This document shows positions 6,714 through 14,357 of a stretch of 15,233 nucleotides of DNA, piece after piece. Origin of the DNA: a virus; the IMG/VR virus record IMGVR_UViG_3300045988_162231, positions 1-15,233 of that record. The stretch is one strand, 5' to 3'. The position numbers and the translations under genes were made by a program. How positions within the stretch are numbered: the first letter of the stretch is position 1; each line of letters begins with the position of its first letter. The notes beneath the pieces are model-generated. The model made no database searches and was not told where the DNA came from. It worked only from the letters and a program-made list of their open reading frames with translations.

Positions 6714-7559
6714 TTATTGACCAGGTGTAATGTCTGATTGTTCAAAGGCTTGCAATAAATATAAAGAATTCCAGAAGAAAACTCTGACCTCTTTTGTTGA
6801 ACTATCGATAGCAAACCAAGTATCAATTTCAATAGTTCCATCAGTTTTAATTGTTATATTTGCAGTATCTGTTCTAGTAAAATTTTGTCCATAACACGTT
6901 AAAGCAACAGTATTAATAGTTATGTCTTGTGTTGGTCTTAATGGTGTATTTAATAATTTGATTTTACGTGCTAGCCCACCATCATCTGGATTATGTATTT
7001 GTAAAATACCATAAAGCTTAAAAATTGATTTAGTATCATCATATACAAGTGTCAATCCACTATTTCCAAAATCATTTCCACACGCAGTACCATTTACAAT
7101 ATTTCCTGTACTAGAATTAAAAATCATAGAATTTTTTAGATTAAATTTATCCAATTCATTAAGTGCTTTATTTGCATTTGTATTAGCATTTTGTGCTGTT
7201 GAATTAGCTGAACTTGCTAAACCGTTTGCTGTATTTGCTGTTGATAATGCTGTTTCAGCATTTTGTTTTGCTGTACTTGCGTTGTCATTTGCTGTTGTTG
7301 CTAAACTTAAAGCATTTGTTGCATTAGTATTTGCTCCATTTGCTGTTGTGTTTGCTTGATTAGCTGTTTCTAATGCTTGTGTTGCTGAACTATTTGCATT
7401 TTCTGCGTTTGTTTCTGCACTCTGTGCTTTACTGTCATTTGCTTTCATTTGTGTGTCAATTTTAGACATTGCTTGATTAAAATCACCTAACCAAGAAGGT
7501 ACGTCATTTGCTACAAATTGTGGTAGCTCATAATTTGGTGTTTTATTTGTTGAACTCAT
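6714..7559 (-). CDS. Appendage / receptor-binding type protein
   Basis: 281 aa; N-terminal YELPQFVANDVPSWLGDFNQAMSKID, long Ala/Asn/Thr-rich helical repeat region (ANQANTTANGANTNATNALSLATTAND...), then a distinct C-terminal domain. RBS aaaggagattttt. Confidence 0.65.
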   Translation of the reverse strand: MSSTNKTPNYELPQFVANDVPSWLGDFNQAMSKIDTQMKANDSKAQSAETNAENANSSATQALETANQANTTANGANTNATNALSLATTANDNASTAKQNAETALSTANTANGLASSANSTAQNANTNANKALNELDKFNLKNSMIFNSSTGNIVNGTACGNDFGNSGLTLVYDDTKSIFKLYGILQIHNPDDGGLARKIKLLNTPLRPTQDITINTVALTCYGQNFTRTDTANITIKTDGTIEIDTWFAIDSSTKEVRVFFWNSLYLLQAFEQSDITPGQ

Positions 7560-7589
7560 AATAAAAATCTCCTTTCAAATTAATTTATT

Positions 7590-8477
7590 TTATGGCATTA
7601 AAATAGATTTGCCAGTAAAATCATAGTTGTATGCTGTAATATCTTTATCGTCGTAGTTTTGAGCTGTTAAGCTTAAACTATCATATTCACTTGCTGTTAT
7701 AGGATTTTCCTTATGGAAGTTAGCAAGTTGAATAATTACGTCTGTAATTAATGTATATTCTCCTGTGAATGGACTAATCATATAAAATCTAGGGTCGTGA
7801 CCTAAATAGTATCTAGCATATAAATCATAAGTTCTAGCACTTAAATTTTTATTGTCATATTCTTCTGCTGTAAGTCCTAAACTATCATATTCTAGTGCTG
7901 TTAGTCCGTAGTATCTTAAATATCCATACAAGTCGTCAAGGGTTGCTTGTAAATAATCATATTTACCAGTTACTGGGTTATAAACTTTTATACCATTTTT
8001 TGCTATGTCGTCTATTTCTTTTTGTATTTTCTGTATTTCACTATCGATATATATTTTAAGTAGACTATCTTGATTATCTAAATATTCCTTAATATTTGTT
8101 ATTTTATTGTCGATATATTTCATAAGTGTACTATTTATTTTTGCTATTTCTTGGTCTGTATATAGTTTTGCTTGTACCAGATTTTCACTAATTAATGTTT
8201 TTAGTTCATTATCGTTATTATCTATATATTGATAAATTGCGTCGTCTTTATTATCTATATAAGTTTGTAATTGTTTTATCTGTTCGTCGACATAATCAGT
8301 AAATGTATCAAAATTTAAGTCTTTTAGATAATTTTCTATATATAAAACTACACCAGCTAATTTGCATAGTCTTTTATATGTTGTTAAGCTGTCAAAACTT
8401 TCCTCAATAAAAGGAAAACTACCATTTTGACAACAACCCATAAAATCTAATGGTATTGGGGTAAAAGCTCCTATCAT
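7590..8477 (-). CDS. Appendage / tail-fibre-like structural protein with TAxxYD repeats
   Basis: 295 aa; coiled-coil centre (YIDNKDDAIYQYIDNNDNELK...), then VYNPVTGKYDYLQATLDDLYGYLRYYGLTALEYDSLGLTAEEYDNKNLSARTYDLYARYYL. Confidence 0.65.
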   Translation of the reverse strand: MIGAFTPIPLDFMGCCQNGSFPFIEESFDSLTTYKRLCKLAGVVLYIENYLKDLNFDTFTDYVDEQIKQLQTYIDNKDDAIYQYIDNNDNELKTLISENLVQAKLYTDQEIAKINSTLMKYIDNKITNIKEYLDNQDSLLKIYIDSEIQKIQKEIDDIAKNGIKVYNPVTGKYDYLQATLDDLYGYLRYYGLTALEYDSLGLTAEEYDNKNLSARTYDLYARYYLGHDPRFYMISPFTGEYTLITDVIIQLANFHKENPITASEYDSLSLTAQNYDDKDITAYNYDFTGKSILMP

Positions 8478-8499
8478 TTATTTTTCACTTCCTTTCAAT

Positions 8500-9243
8500 T
8501 TAAGGTATCATATAAAATAAACTTTCTAAGTCTTTGTAAATTAATGAATATATACTTTGTATATTTTGTTGCATTTCCTTTAATATAGATATTTTATCGG
8601 CTGGGCTACGTTCTATTATTTCATTATATTTGTTGGTATCCTCTGAATTACTACTACCTTTAGAATTAGAACTATCTGTACTTGTTGCGTTGTTTGTATC
8701 GTAATTATAATTAGTAACATATTTACCGTCGCGAACATTTTCAAGCTGATTTTGAGGTGTGTTGCTCTCTCTTCTATCTGATATATTATTAGTATTAGAA
8801 CTTGAACTATTTTCTAATGTATTACTTGCTGTATTTATTCTATATTCGTCACCGTATCGTTTAGAAGTTTCGCCGTCATTAAAAATATCCCAATTTTGCA
8901 ACGCGTCAAACATTTTGTTATAAATTGGCATTATTTCGTTTAACTTCACATCTAGTTGTATTTTAAATGCTACAAATGTTTCGTACCCAATTCGACGCAT
9001 AAGAAAATGATTCAATATATTTGTTTCAAATTTATCCTTATCAATATTTTGGCTTAAAGGATAATTAAAATCAAAAACTCTTGTGTGTCCTTCTTTAGCT
9101 AAATCTTTTATTTTTACTTGTTCATTTTCTGCTTTACCAAAATTAAGCATTGAATCTAATATTTCATATATAGTTGGTGGTCTATCATCTGTAGGTGTGA
9201 ATATTGGGTTTACAAAAAAGTAACTATTAAAAAATGGATACAT
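8500..9243 (-). CDS. Lower collar protein (phi29 gp11-like)
   Basis: 247 aa; FDFNYPLSQNIDKDKFETNILNHFLMRRIGYETFVAFKIQLDVKLNEIMPIYNKMFDAL; gene order directly after the portal. Confidence 0.75.
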   Translation of the reverse strand: MYPFFNSYFFVNPIFTPTDDRPPTIYEILDSMLNFGKAENEQVKIKDLAKEGHTRVFDFNYPLSQNIDKDKFETNILNHFLMRRIGYETFVAFKIQLDVKLNEIMPIYNKMFDALQNWDIFNDGETSKRYGDEYRINTASNTLENSSSSNTNNISDRRESNTPQNQLENVRDGKYVTNYNYDTNNATSTDSSNSKGSSNSEDTNKYNEIIERSPADKISILKEMQQNIQSIYSLIYKDLESLFYMIP

Positions 9244-10109
9244 TATTCGTCAACCCCTTCCATATCAAAATTTTTGTCATCTTCGGGTTCTTCTATTGTA
9301 GAAGGTACCCCGTCATAATAACTAACTTCTATATTCATATTGAATTTTTTGTTTATTTGCTGTACTGCACGTTGTCTAGGCTCAAAACGACTAAATCTAC
9401 TTGCTATAGTTCCACCTTGCATTGCGTTTATTTCATCTTTTATATTACGCTCTTTTTTCTGATATGATAAATTTGAAATACCTATAAGCCTTAAAAATTC
9501 ATTCCATATCTTTTCTTGGTGTTGGTCTATTTTATCAGCTACAAATGGTGCTGGCTCTAATACAAGTGTCGTATCGTCCAAGTCTAAATTGTCATAGCTA
9601 ATTACAGTTTCTGCATTACTATCAACGTTATTCACTAAGTCTTGTATACTTTTTAAGTTTTCTGTTTTTGTCTTCCAAAAACGAGGTGTACGTTGCTGAC
9701 TTATATTTATGTCTGATGTTCTTGTGTTCATTGCGATACGTTCTGCATATTGAATAATATCTGCTAATAATGGATAATGTCCGTTATTATCGTACATTAT
9801 AACAAACTCACCATAATTCAATTTTTTGTTATATCTAGTATTTGAATATACTTGTATTTGTTTTGGTCTACCGTAAACGTCTAAGCCACCAAAATTGGTA
9901 TAAGGTAAGGCAAGCAAACCTAAAATGTCATCATAGAAAAATGCTATACTACCATTAATTACAAGCTGTGCGTTTAAATATGATACGTCAATAAATTCTG
10001 GAAGTCCTTTGAATTCAAAAACATTTTCGGCAAGTGATAAAAGTTGTCTACGATACATTAAATACGTTTTGTAATTATTAAGCTGACTATTAATAAAACG
10101 TTTTTGCAT
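9243..10109 (-). CDS. Upper collar / portal (connector) protein (phi29 gp10-like)
   Basis: 288 aa; KGLPEFIDVSYLNAQLVINGSIAFFYDDILGLLALPY, GRPKQIQVYSNTRYNKKLNYGEFVIMYDNN, ISQQRTPRFWKTKTENLKSIQDLVNNVDSN; position after the major capsid gene. Confidence 0.85.
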   Translation of the reverse strand: MQKRFINSQLNNYKTYLMYRRQLLSLAENVFEFKGLPEFIDVSYLNAQLVINGSIAFFYDDILGLLALPYTNFGGLDVYGRPKQIQVYSNTRYNKKLNYGEFVIMYDNNGHYPLLADIIQYAERIAMNTRTSDINISQQRTPRFWKTKTENLKSIQDLVNNVDSNAETVISYDNLDLDDTTLVLEPAPFVADKIDQHQEKIWNEFLRLIGISNLSYQKKERNIKDEINAMQGGTIASRFSRFEPRQRAVQQINKKFNMNIEVSYYDGVPSTIEEPEDDKNFDMEGVDE

Positions 10110-10136
10110 TTCTTATCCTTCCCCTTTCTAAAAATA

Positions 10137-10161
10137 TAAAGGTAGCAAAATGCTACCTTTA
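10137..10161 (-). terminator. Hairpin just downstream of the capsid gene; possible partial terminator or processing/stability element
   Basis: taaaggtagca / tgctaccttta, 11-bp perfect stem with a 3-nt loop, followed on the minus strand by tatttttag; adjacent to the capsid stop codon. Confidence 0.55.
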
Positions 10162-11535
10162 TTATTCAGCAATAGTAATAGTAGCTGTTCCAGTTTTAGT
10201 ATTATTAAATATTGAAGTTGCTGTAACTGTTACTGTTGTTGCTGTTGACTCTTTAGCTACTTCTAATACACCGTTTTGATTTATAGAAACCCCTTTGCTC
10301 TCACTGTCACTATCTATAGACCAAGCAACTGCTTTATTTGTAATACCAGTTACTTCAACAACTGCTGTAAGTACAAGGCTTTGACCTTTTGTAACTGTAG
10401 CTGTAGAAGGATTTACAGTAACACTTGTTACTGTGCTTGCGTCTTTTGTAAATGCCAAGCATTGCTCAAATGGAGAAGTTGCAAATATTCTCCAGCTGTG
10501 TAACCACATAGTTCTTGATAATGTTTCTGGATTTCTGAATTCTGTAGACATTGTATCTGCTGTGTTGTCTAATGCGTAGTAATAATCTTTGAAGAAATTA
10601 TCACTTATGATTAAACCTACAGTATTTTTAAGTCTTGTAAGTTCATTTTCTGTAAAGGCTGTATAAGCATTACCTAATAATTTTGATAGTCTATCCCAGT
10701 CATTGTTTCCAAAACCGTCTATTAATGCTAATTTTGTACGCATTTCTGCATCATTTCTAAAGTAAGAAGTTGCTAATACTTTTGTAGACATTTGAGCTTC
10801 AAAACCAGTAGAAACAATAGTTCTTTGTCTATCAAATGGTGTTGCAAGTCTTAGCCCAGCTGGGTTATAGTTTGGACTTAAAAATGTCATATTATTAGAA
10901 TATTCTTTCATTATTGCAACGTTATCTCTTGAGTCGTTTGTGTCAAAGTCTTCTATTGTAACACTTGGAATTGTACCATTGATTAAACGTCTTTGAACTT
11001 GGTATTTATCAACTATATATCTATCATATACATAAGATTTTCTTAATGCTGTGTAAACTGCTTGTATTAAATCATATACACCAGTTTCATTATAAAAAGC
11101 TAATGCTATTTCTTGGTCATTTACTGTTGCCTTATAAAATTTTTGGAAATTTATTTCGTGCATATAGTTTAGAACATTTGGAACTTGTTGCTCTAAGAAG
11201 TGAGTAGGGTTATTCATATATTGATTGTAGTCTTCTGCTTCTATTAAATCTACAATCATTTCACGAACTGTTTGTCCGTATCTAATTTGTCCTTGGTTTG
11301 TGAAATCTTCCCAAGGGTTAGCCCACGCGTCACTTACGATTAAAGTCAATGCGATTACATTAACTGCATTTAAAAAAGCATTTTTGTATCTTGTATTAGA
11401 TACAATTAAATCACCTATTTTTTGTATGTCGGCTCCTTGTTGTGGTAAGTCTATTACTTCTTGTAACTCTGGACTTACTTGTGCCATATAATTTAAAAGT
11501 TTGGCACTACTTTTAGTTGCTAATGTTTTTGCCAT
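10162..11535 (-). CDS. Major capsid protein (phi29 gp8-like) with C-terminal Big_2/Ig-like domain
   Basis: Last ~88 residues TSVTVNPSTATVTKGQSLVLTAVVEVTGITNKAVAWSIDSDSESKGVSINQNGVLEVAK...VTVTAT have Big_2 character. Start set at ATG 11535 (MAKTLATKSSAKLLN) behind aaggaggaat, not the track start 11574. Confidence 0.9.
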   Translation of the reverse strand: MAKTLATKSSAKLLNYMAQVSPELQEVIDLPQQGADIQKIGDLIVSNTRYKNAFLNAVNVIALTLIVSDAWANPWEDFTNQGQIRYGQTVREMIVDLIEAEDYNQYMNNPTHFLEQQVPNVLNYMHEINFQKFYKATVNDQEIALAFYNETGVYDLIQAVYTALRKSYVYDRYIVDKYQVQRRLINGTIPSVTIEDFDTNDSRDNVAIMKEYSNNMTFLSPNYNPAGLRLATPFDRQRTIVSTGFEAQMSTKVLATSYFRNDAEMRTKLALIDGFGNNDWDRLSKLLGNAYTAFTENELTRLKNTVGLIISDNFFKDYYYALDNTADTMSTEFRNPETLSRTMWLHSWRIFATSPFEQCLAFTKDASTVTSVTVNPSTATVTKGQSLVLTAVVEVTGITNKAVAWSIDSDSESKGVSINQNGVLEVAKESTATTVTVTATSIFNNTKTGTATITIAE

Positions 11536-11539
11536 TTTT

Positions 11540-11842
11540 TTATTCCTCCTTGTCAGTATCTTTAAATATATCAACTTCCTCGACTTTTTCCTCTTCTTTA
11601 GGTTCGTCGATTTTTTCTTCTGTTTCTTTTTTTTCTGTTCCTAAAAATCTATTTTTGTATTTATTCTTAATGTCATCATATTTTGTTTTTAAGTCCTCAT
11701 TTTCTGCTTTTAAAGTTTCAACTTCTGAATTGTCTATTATATCCATACTATCTTCTACATCTTCTAATAATGCTATTTGTACGTCTTCATCTGTTACAGT
11801 TTGTACAATTTTTTGTTTAAGTTCATCTTTACTTAGTTTCAT
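11540..11842 (-). CDS. Scaffolding protein (phi29 gp7-like)
   Basis: Small, charged, helical ORF directly upstream of the capsid gene (LKAENEDLKTKYDDIKNKYKNRF...). ATG 11842 behind aaggggtgaag preferred over TTG 11860. Confidence 0.65.
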   Translation of the reverse strand: MKLSKDELKQKIVQTVTDEDVQIALLEDVEDSMDIIDNSEVETLKAENEDLKTKYDDIKNKYKNRFLGTEKKETEEKIDEPKEEEKVEEVDIFKDTDKEE

Positions 11843-12197
11843 TCTCTTCACCCCTTCCAACTTTTAAAATTTCTGACAATTTACCTAAATGAATACCCGC
11901 CTTTGTTAAATTCTCAAAAATTGATAATATTTCCATTATTAATATATATATTGCAATAGATTTCATACAGAAATTAAAACCAAAAGTACTATCTAAAATA
12001 AAACCTAAACCAAGCAATAATAATAATAATACTTTATGCAATAAACCTGTTCTCATCTTTGTTGTGTCAACATCGTTATTAATAACGGCTTGTATAAATC
12101 CTGTTATAATATCAGCTAAACTGAAAACTAGTGGGGTTAATAATTGCCAAAACATACTAACGAAATTAAGGTTTGCTATAATATTTTCAATATCCAT
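11829..12197 (-). CDS. Holin (phage_holin_4-like)
   Basis: 122 aa with several hydrophobic segments (FWQLLTPLVFSLADIITGFIQAVINNDVDTTKMRTGLLHKVLLLLLLGLGFILDS...); near two cell-wall hydrolases; RBS agaggtgag. Confidence 0.8.
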   Translation of the reverse strand: MDIENIIANLNFVSMFWQLLTPLVFSLADIITGFIQAVINNDVDTTKMRTGLLHKVLLLLLLGLGFILDSTFGFNFCMKSIAIYILIMEILSIFENLTKAGIHLGKLSEILKVGRGEENETK

Positions 12198-12230
12198 TTA
12201 TCTCACCTCTCTTTCGTATTTACTATAAAA

Positions 12231-12260
12231 ATTATTAGCATAAAATTTTTGTTTTGTCAA
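12231..12260 (-). promoter_or_regulatory. Consensus-like promoter for the holin-scaffold-capsid block
   Basis: Minus strand TTGACA (12255-12260), 18-nt spacer, AATAAT (12231-12236); alternatively TAATAA at 17 nt preceded by TGC. Directly follows the hairpin at 12266-12290. Confidence 0.6.
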
Positions 12261-12265
12261 CATAA

Positions 12266-12290
12266 AAAAGACAGTTTAAAACTGTCTTTT
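12266..12290 (-). terminator. Intrinsic terminator overlapping the M23 gene stop codon
   Basis: aaaagacag / ctgtctttt 9-bp stem (potentially longer through TTTAAAA), followed on the minus strand by TTATG after a T run. Confidence 0.65.
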
Positions 12291-12845
12291 ATTTCGTAAT
12301 TTTCGAAAATAGATTACCCAAGGAAAACGTTTATTTACTTCTTGTACTGGTATTGGTTCGGGTGGAATTATACTTCCGTCGTATTCAATTATAGTATTAT
12401 CGACATTTGGAATTCCTAATATTGTACAAGGGTTTAAAAATGTTGAACAATTCCAACTTTGTGTAACTGAACATTCTAAATGTAGATGTATTCCAGTTAC
12501 TTTACCAGTCGCTCCCATTCTACCAATAATAGTATTTAAATCTACACTGTCACCTACATTTACTTGCAGGCTTCCTTCAACCATATGACAATATCTCCAA
12601 TAATGACCTTCTTCATCAAGTATTTGAGCTTGAACTCCTAACGAGTGTGAAGTAGATGTATTTATATATATAACTCTACCTTTTTTAACTGGATATAAAT
12701 AAGGGTTTCGTTCTGTATCACCATATGGTGCAAAGTCTGTTCCAGTGTGCCAACCGCACGAATAGCGACTATCTTTTACCCCAAAAGGGTAAGTAATTAT
12801 TGAAGTTGAATGTATAGGACTATTATTCATCTTAATAGTTGACAT
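12276..12845 (-). CDS. M23-family (LytM-like) peptidoglycan endopeptidase
   Basis: SIITYPFGVKDSRYSCGWHTGTDFAP (H...D metal ligands) and GIHLHLECS (HxH) motifs, with a conserved-looking VKKGRVIYI...GHYWRYCH core. Confidence 0.85.
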   Translation of the reverse strand: MSTIKMNNSPIHSTSIITYPFGVKDSRYSCGWHTGTDFAPYGDTERNPYLYPVKKGRVIYINTSTSHSLGVQAQILDEEGHYWRYCHMVEGSLQVNVGDSVDLNTIIGRMGATGKVTGIHLHLECSVTQSWNCSTFLNPCTILGIPNVDNTIIEYDGSIIPPEPIPVQEVNKRFPWVIYFRKLRNKRQF

Positions 12846-13678
12846 TATAGACCCCCATTATATTTGACAAAACCTAGTTTTCGGTTTGTTACTTCACCTT
12901 TTGAATTTGTTACAAAATAACAAACTATATATTTTCCGTCTTTGATTCCATAACAGTCCGCATATTCTCTAGGATATATAGTACCTATTTTTTGAGTACA
13001 AGCTAAATCTTGATATACTGGTTCATCTGTACTTCCATTTCTCCAAGTTTTTGGCATATCGAAATCACCCCCAACATTATTTGAATTACTATTGTTAGAA
13101 TTTGAAACATCAATATAACTGTAATTCATATCAACTCTACCAGATATTCCACTAATTGAACCATCACTTGTATATTGCCATATATCAACTCGAAAATCTA
13201 CAGTATAATTAGTTTTATTCCATTCAGCAAGCCATATCTTATAATTAAGTAATTGGTTTATATCTAATTTATTAGTAAACCAATTCTTATTGGCATATAT
13301 TCCAGTATTTTCAAAACTTTGACAAAATTGGATTGCTAAATTAGTCATAGATTTTTTGTCTATATAACTTATTTGACTGTCTTCTAAATCTAAAAATATT
13401 GGGTATTCAAAACTTTTACCTTGTATTTTATTTTTTACCCAATTAATAGCACTTGTCATAGCCTTTGATGTTTCAACATAGCTATAAACATAGCAACCTA
13501 CTTTAAGACCTACACTTTTGGCTGAATTGTAATAACTTTCAAATTTACTATCTAGTGTGTGATTTTCTTTGTTGCCTATCCAACCTAGTCTAAGGATAAC
13601 AAAATCAATACCATTTTGTTTTAATAAATTAAAATCTACATTTCCATTATGTGTAGATAAGTCAAGACCTTTTGTCAT
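12845..13678 (-). CDS. GH25 lysozyme-like endolysin with C-terminal accessory, probably wall-binding, domain
   Basis: GLDLSTHNGNVDFNLLKQNGIDFVILRLG, VGCYVYSYV, YPIFLDLED, YKIWLAEWN, VDIWQYTSDG. C-terminal WRNGSTDEPVYQD...FVKYNGG follows an SNSNNSNSNN linker. Confidence 0.9.
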   Translation of the reverse strand: MTKGLDLSTHNGNVDFNLLKQNGIDFVILRLGWIGNKENHTLDSKFESYYNSAKSVGLKVGCYVYSYVETSKAMTSAINWVKNKIQGKSFEYPIFLDLEDSQISYIDKKSMTNLAIQFCQSFENTGIYANKNWFTNKLDINQLLNYKIWLAEWNKTNYTVDFRVDIWQYTSDGSISGISGRVDMNYSYIDVSNSNNSNSNNVGGDFDMPKTWRNGSTDEPVYQDLACTQKIGTIYPREYADCYGIKDGKYIVCYFVTNSKGEVTNRKLGFVKYNGGL

Positions 13679-13737
13679 TTTATCACCTCTTTACAAAAAT
13701 TAATATATATGATATATTTGTTTCGACCAATTTCCAT
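13675..13737 (-). CDS. Candidate 20-aa leader peptide overlapping the endolysin start codon (ATGA)
   Basis: AAGGAG (13746-13751), 8-nt spacing, ATG 13737; translates MEIGRNKYIIYINFCKEVIK; stop TGA overlaps ATG 13678. Confidence 0.3.
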   Translation of the reverse strand: MEIGRNKYIIYINFCKEVIK

Positions 13738-13771
13738 TTGTTGGTCTCCTTAAATTTTATTATATATAACA

Positions 13772-13802
13772 AAAAAATACAAGGGTTTACCTTGTATTTT
13801 TT
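13772..13802. terminator. Intrinsic terminator after the leftward early block
   Basis: aaaaaatacaagg / ccttgtatttttt, 13-bp perfect stem with loop gttta; A/T tracts on both sides; overlaps the stop codon of the 80-aa ORF. Confidence 0.8.
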
Positions 13803-14043
13803 ATTTTAGTAAAGTTTTTATTAAATCATTTATACTCTTTTTATGACTATCAATTACTTGGTCATCTAAGTTATTTTCTTTAATAACTTTAGCTAAGATA
13901 GATAATACTATATCAACATCAACTATATGTTCTTTCACTAAAGAATCAATTATTGTTCCAAATTCATTAATAATACTTTTTCTATTTCCTGTAATTTCAC
14001 AAACTGTACATTTTTTATTTTCATTCCATTTTGCTCTAATCAT
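13801..14043 (-). CDS. Hypothetical small early protein, 80 aa
   Basis: ORF with TAATG coupling to the upstream gene; MIRAKWNENKKCTVCEITGNRKSI...; no family recognised. Confidence 0.7.
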   Translation of the reverse strand: MIRAKWNENKKCTVCEITGNRKSIINEFGTIIDSLVKEHIVDVDIVLSILAKVIKENNLDDQVIDSHKKSINDLIKTLLK

Positions 14044-14357
14044 TATATATCATACCCCTTTTCTTTTAATATTTTAGATAATGCTTTAAATTTTAATTTT
14101 ACTATATCAGGTATTGGCTGAGAATTTAATATTTCATTATATCCGTCCATTAATTTATCATATATATTTTTTTCAATTTGTATATAATTAGATATTAAAT
14201 CATATAAATTATTTATAATTTCATCTGACATTTGAGGGATTCTTTCCTTAAACCCTGTACTTTCTATCATTAAATTTCTTTTTTCTAATACTTTTATTAT
14301 TTTTTCTTCTTTCTCAGTTCTATTCAATTTTGCTTTTTTATCTTCCATATTTTTCAC
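14043..14357 (-). CDS. Hypothetical small early protein, 104 aa, predominantly helical
   Basis: ORF overlapping the previous gene by ATGA (14354-14357); charged helical composition; no family recognised. Confidence 0.7.
   Translation of the reverse strand: MKNMEDKKAKLNRTEKEEKIIKVLEKRNLMIESTGFKERIPQMSDEIINNLYDLISNYIQIEKNIYDKLMDGYNEILNSQPIPDIVKLKFKALSKILKEKGYDI

Noticed and set aside
9234-9467. Plus-strand ORF, 77 aa
   Set aside because: Antisense to the portal gene; hydrophobic composition is a by-product of the opposite-strand sequence.
10276-10503. Plus-strand ORF, 75 aa, Cys-rich
   Set aside because: Antisense to the major capsid gene; the Cys-rich pattern arises from Thr/Ala/Val codons of the Big_2-like region read backwards.
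11300-11491. Plus-strand ORF, 63 aa
   Set aside because: Antisense within the capsid gene; no support.
11517-11867. Plus-strand ORF, 116 aa, Ser/Phe/Leu-rich
   Set aside because: Antisense shadow of the Glu/Asp/Lys-rich scaffold gene; composition explained by that strand.
12390-12400. ATCGACA (6/7 match to an inverted 0A box)
   Set aside because: Lies inside the M23 coding region; a single short near-match in 15 kb is expected by chance.
12266-13802. Possible CRISPR or tandem repeat array from several short palindromes in leftward gaps
   Set aside because: The hairpins differ in sequence, occur singly, and are better explained as terminators.
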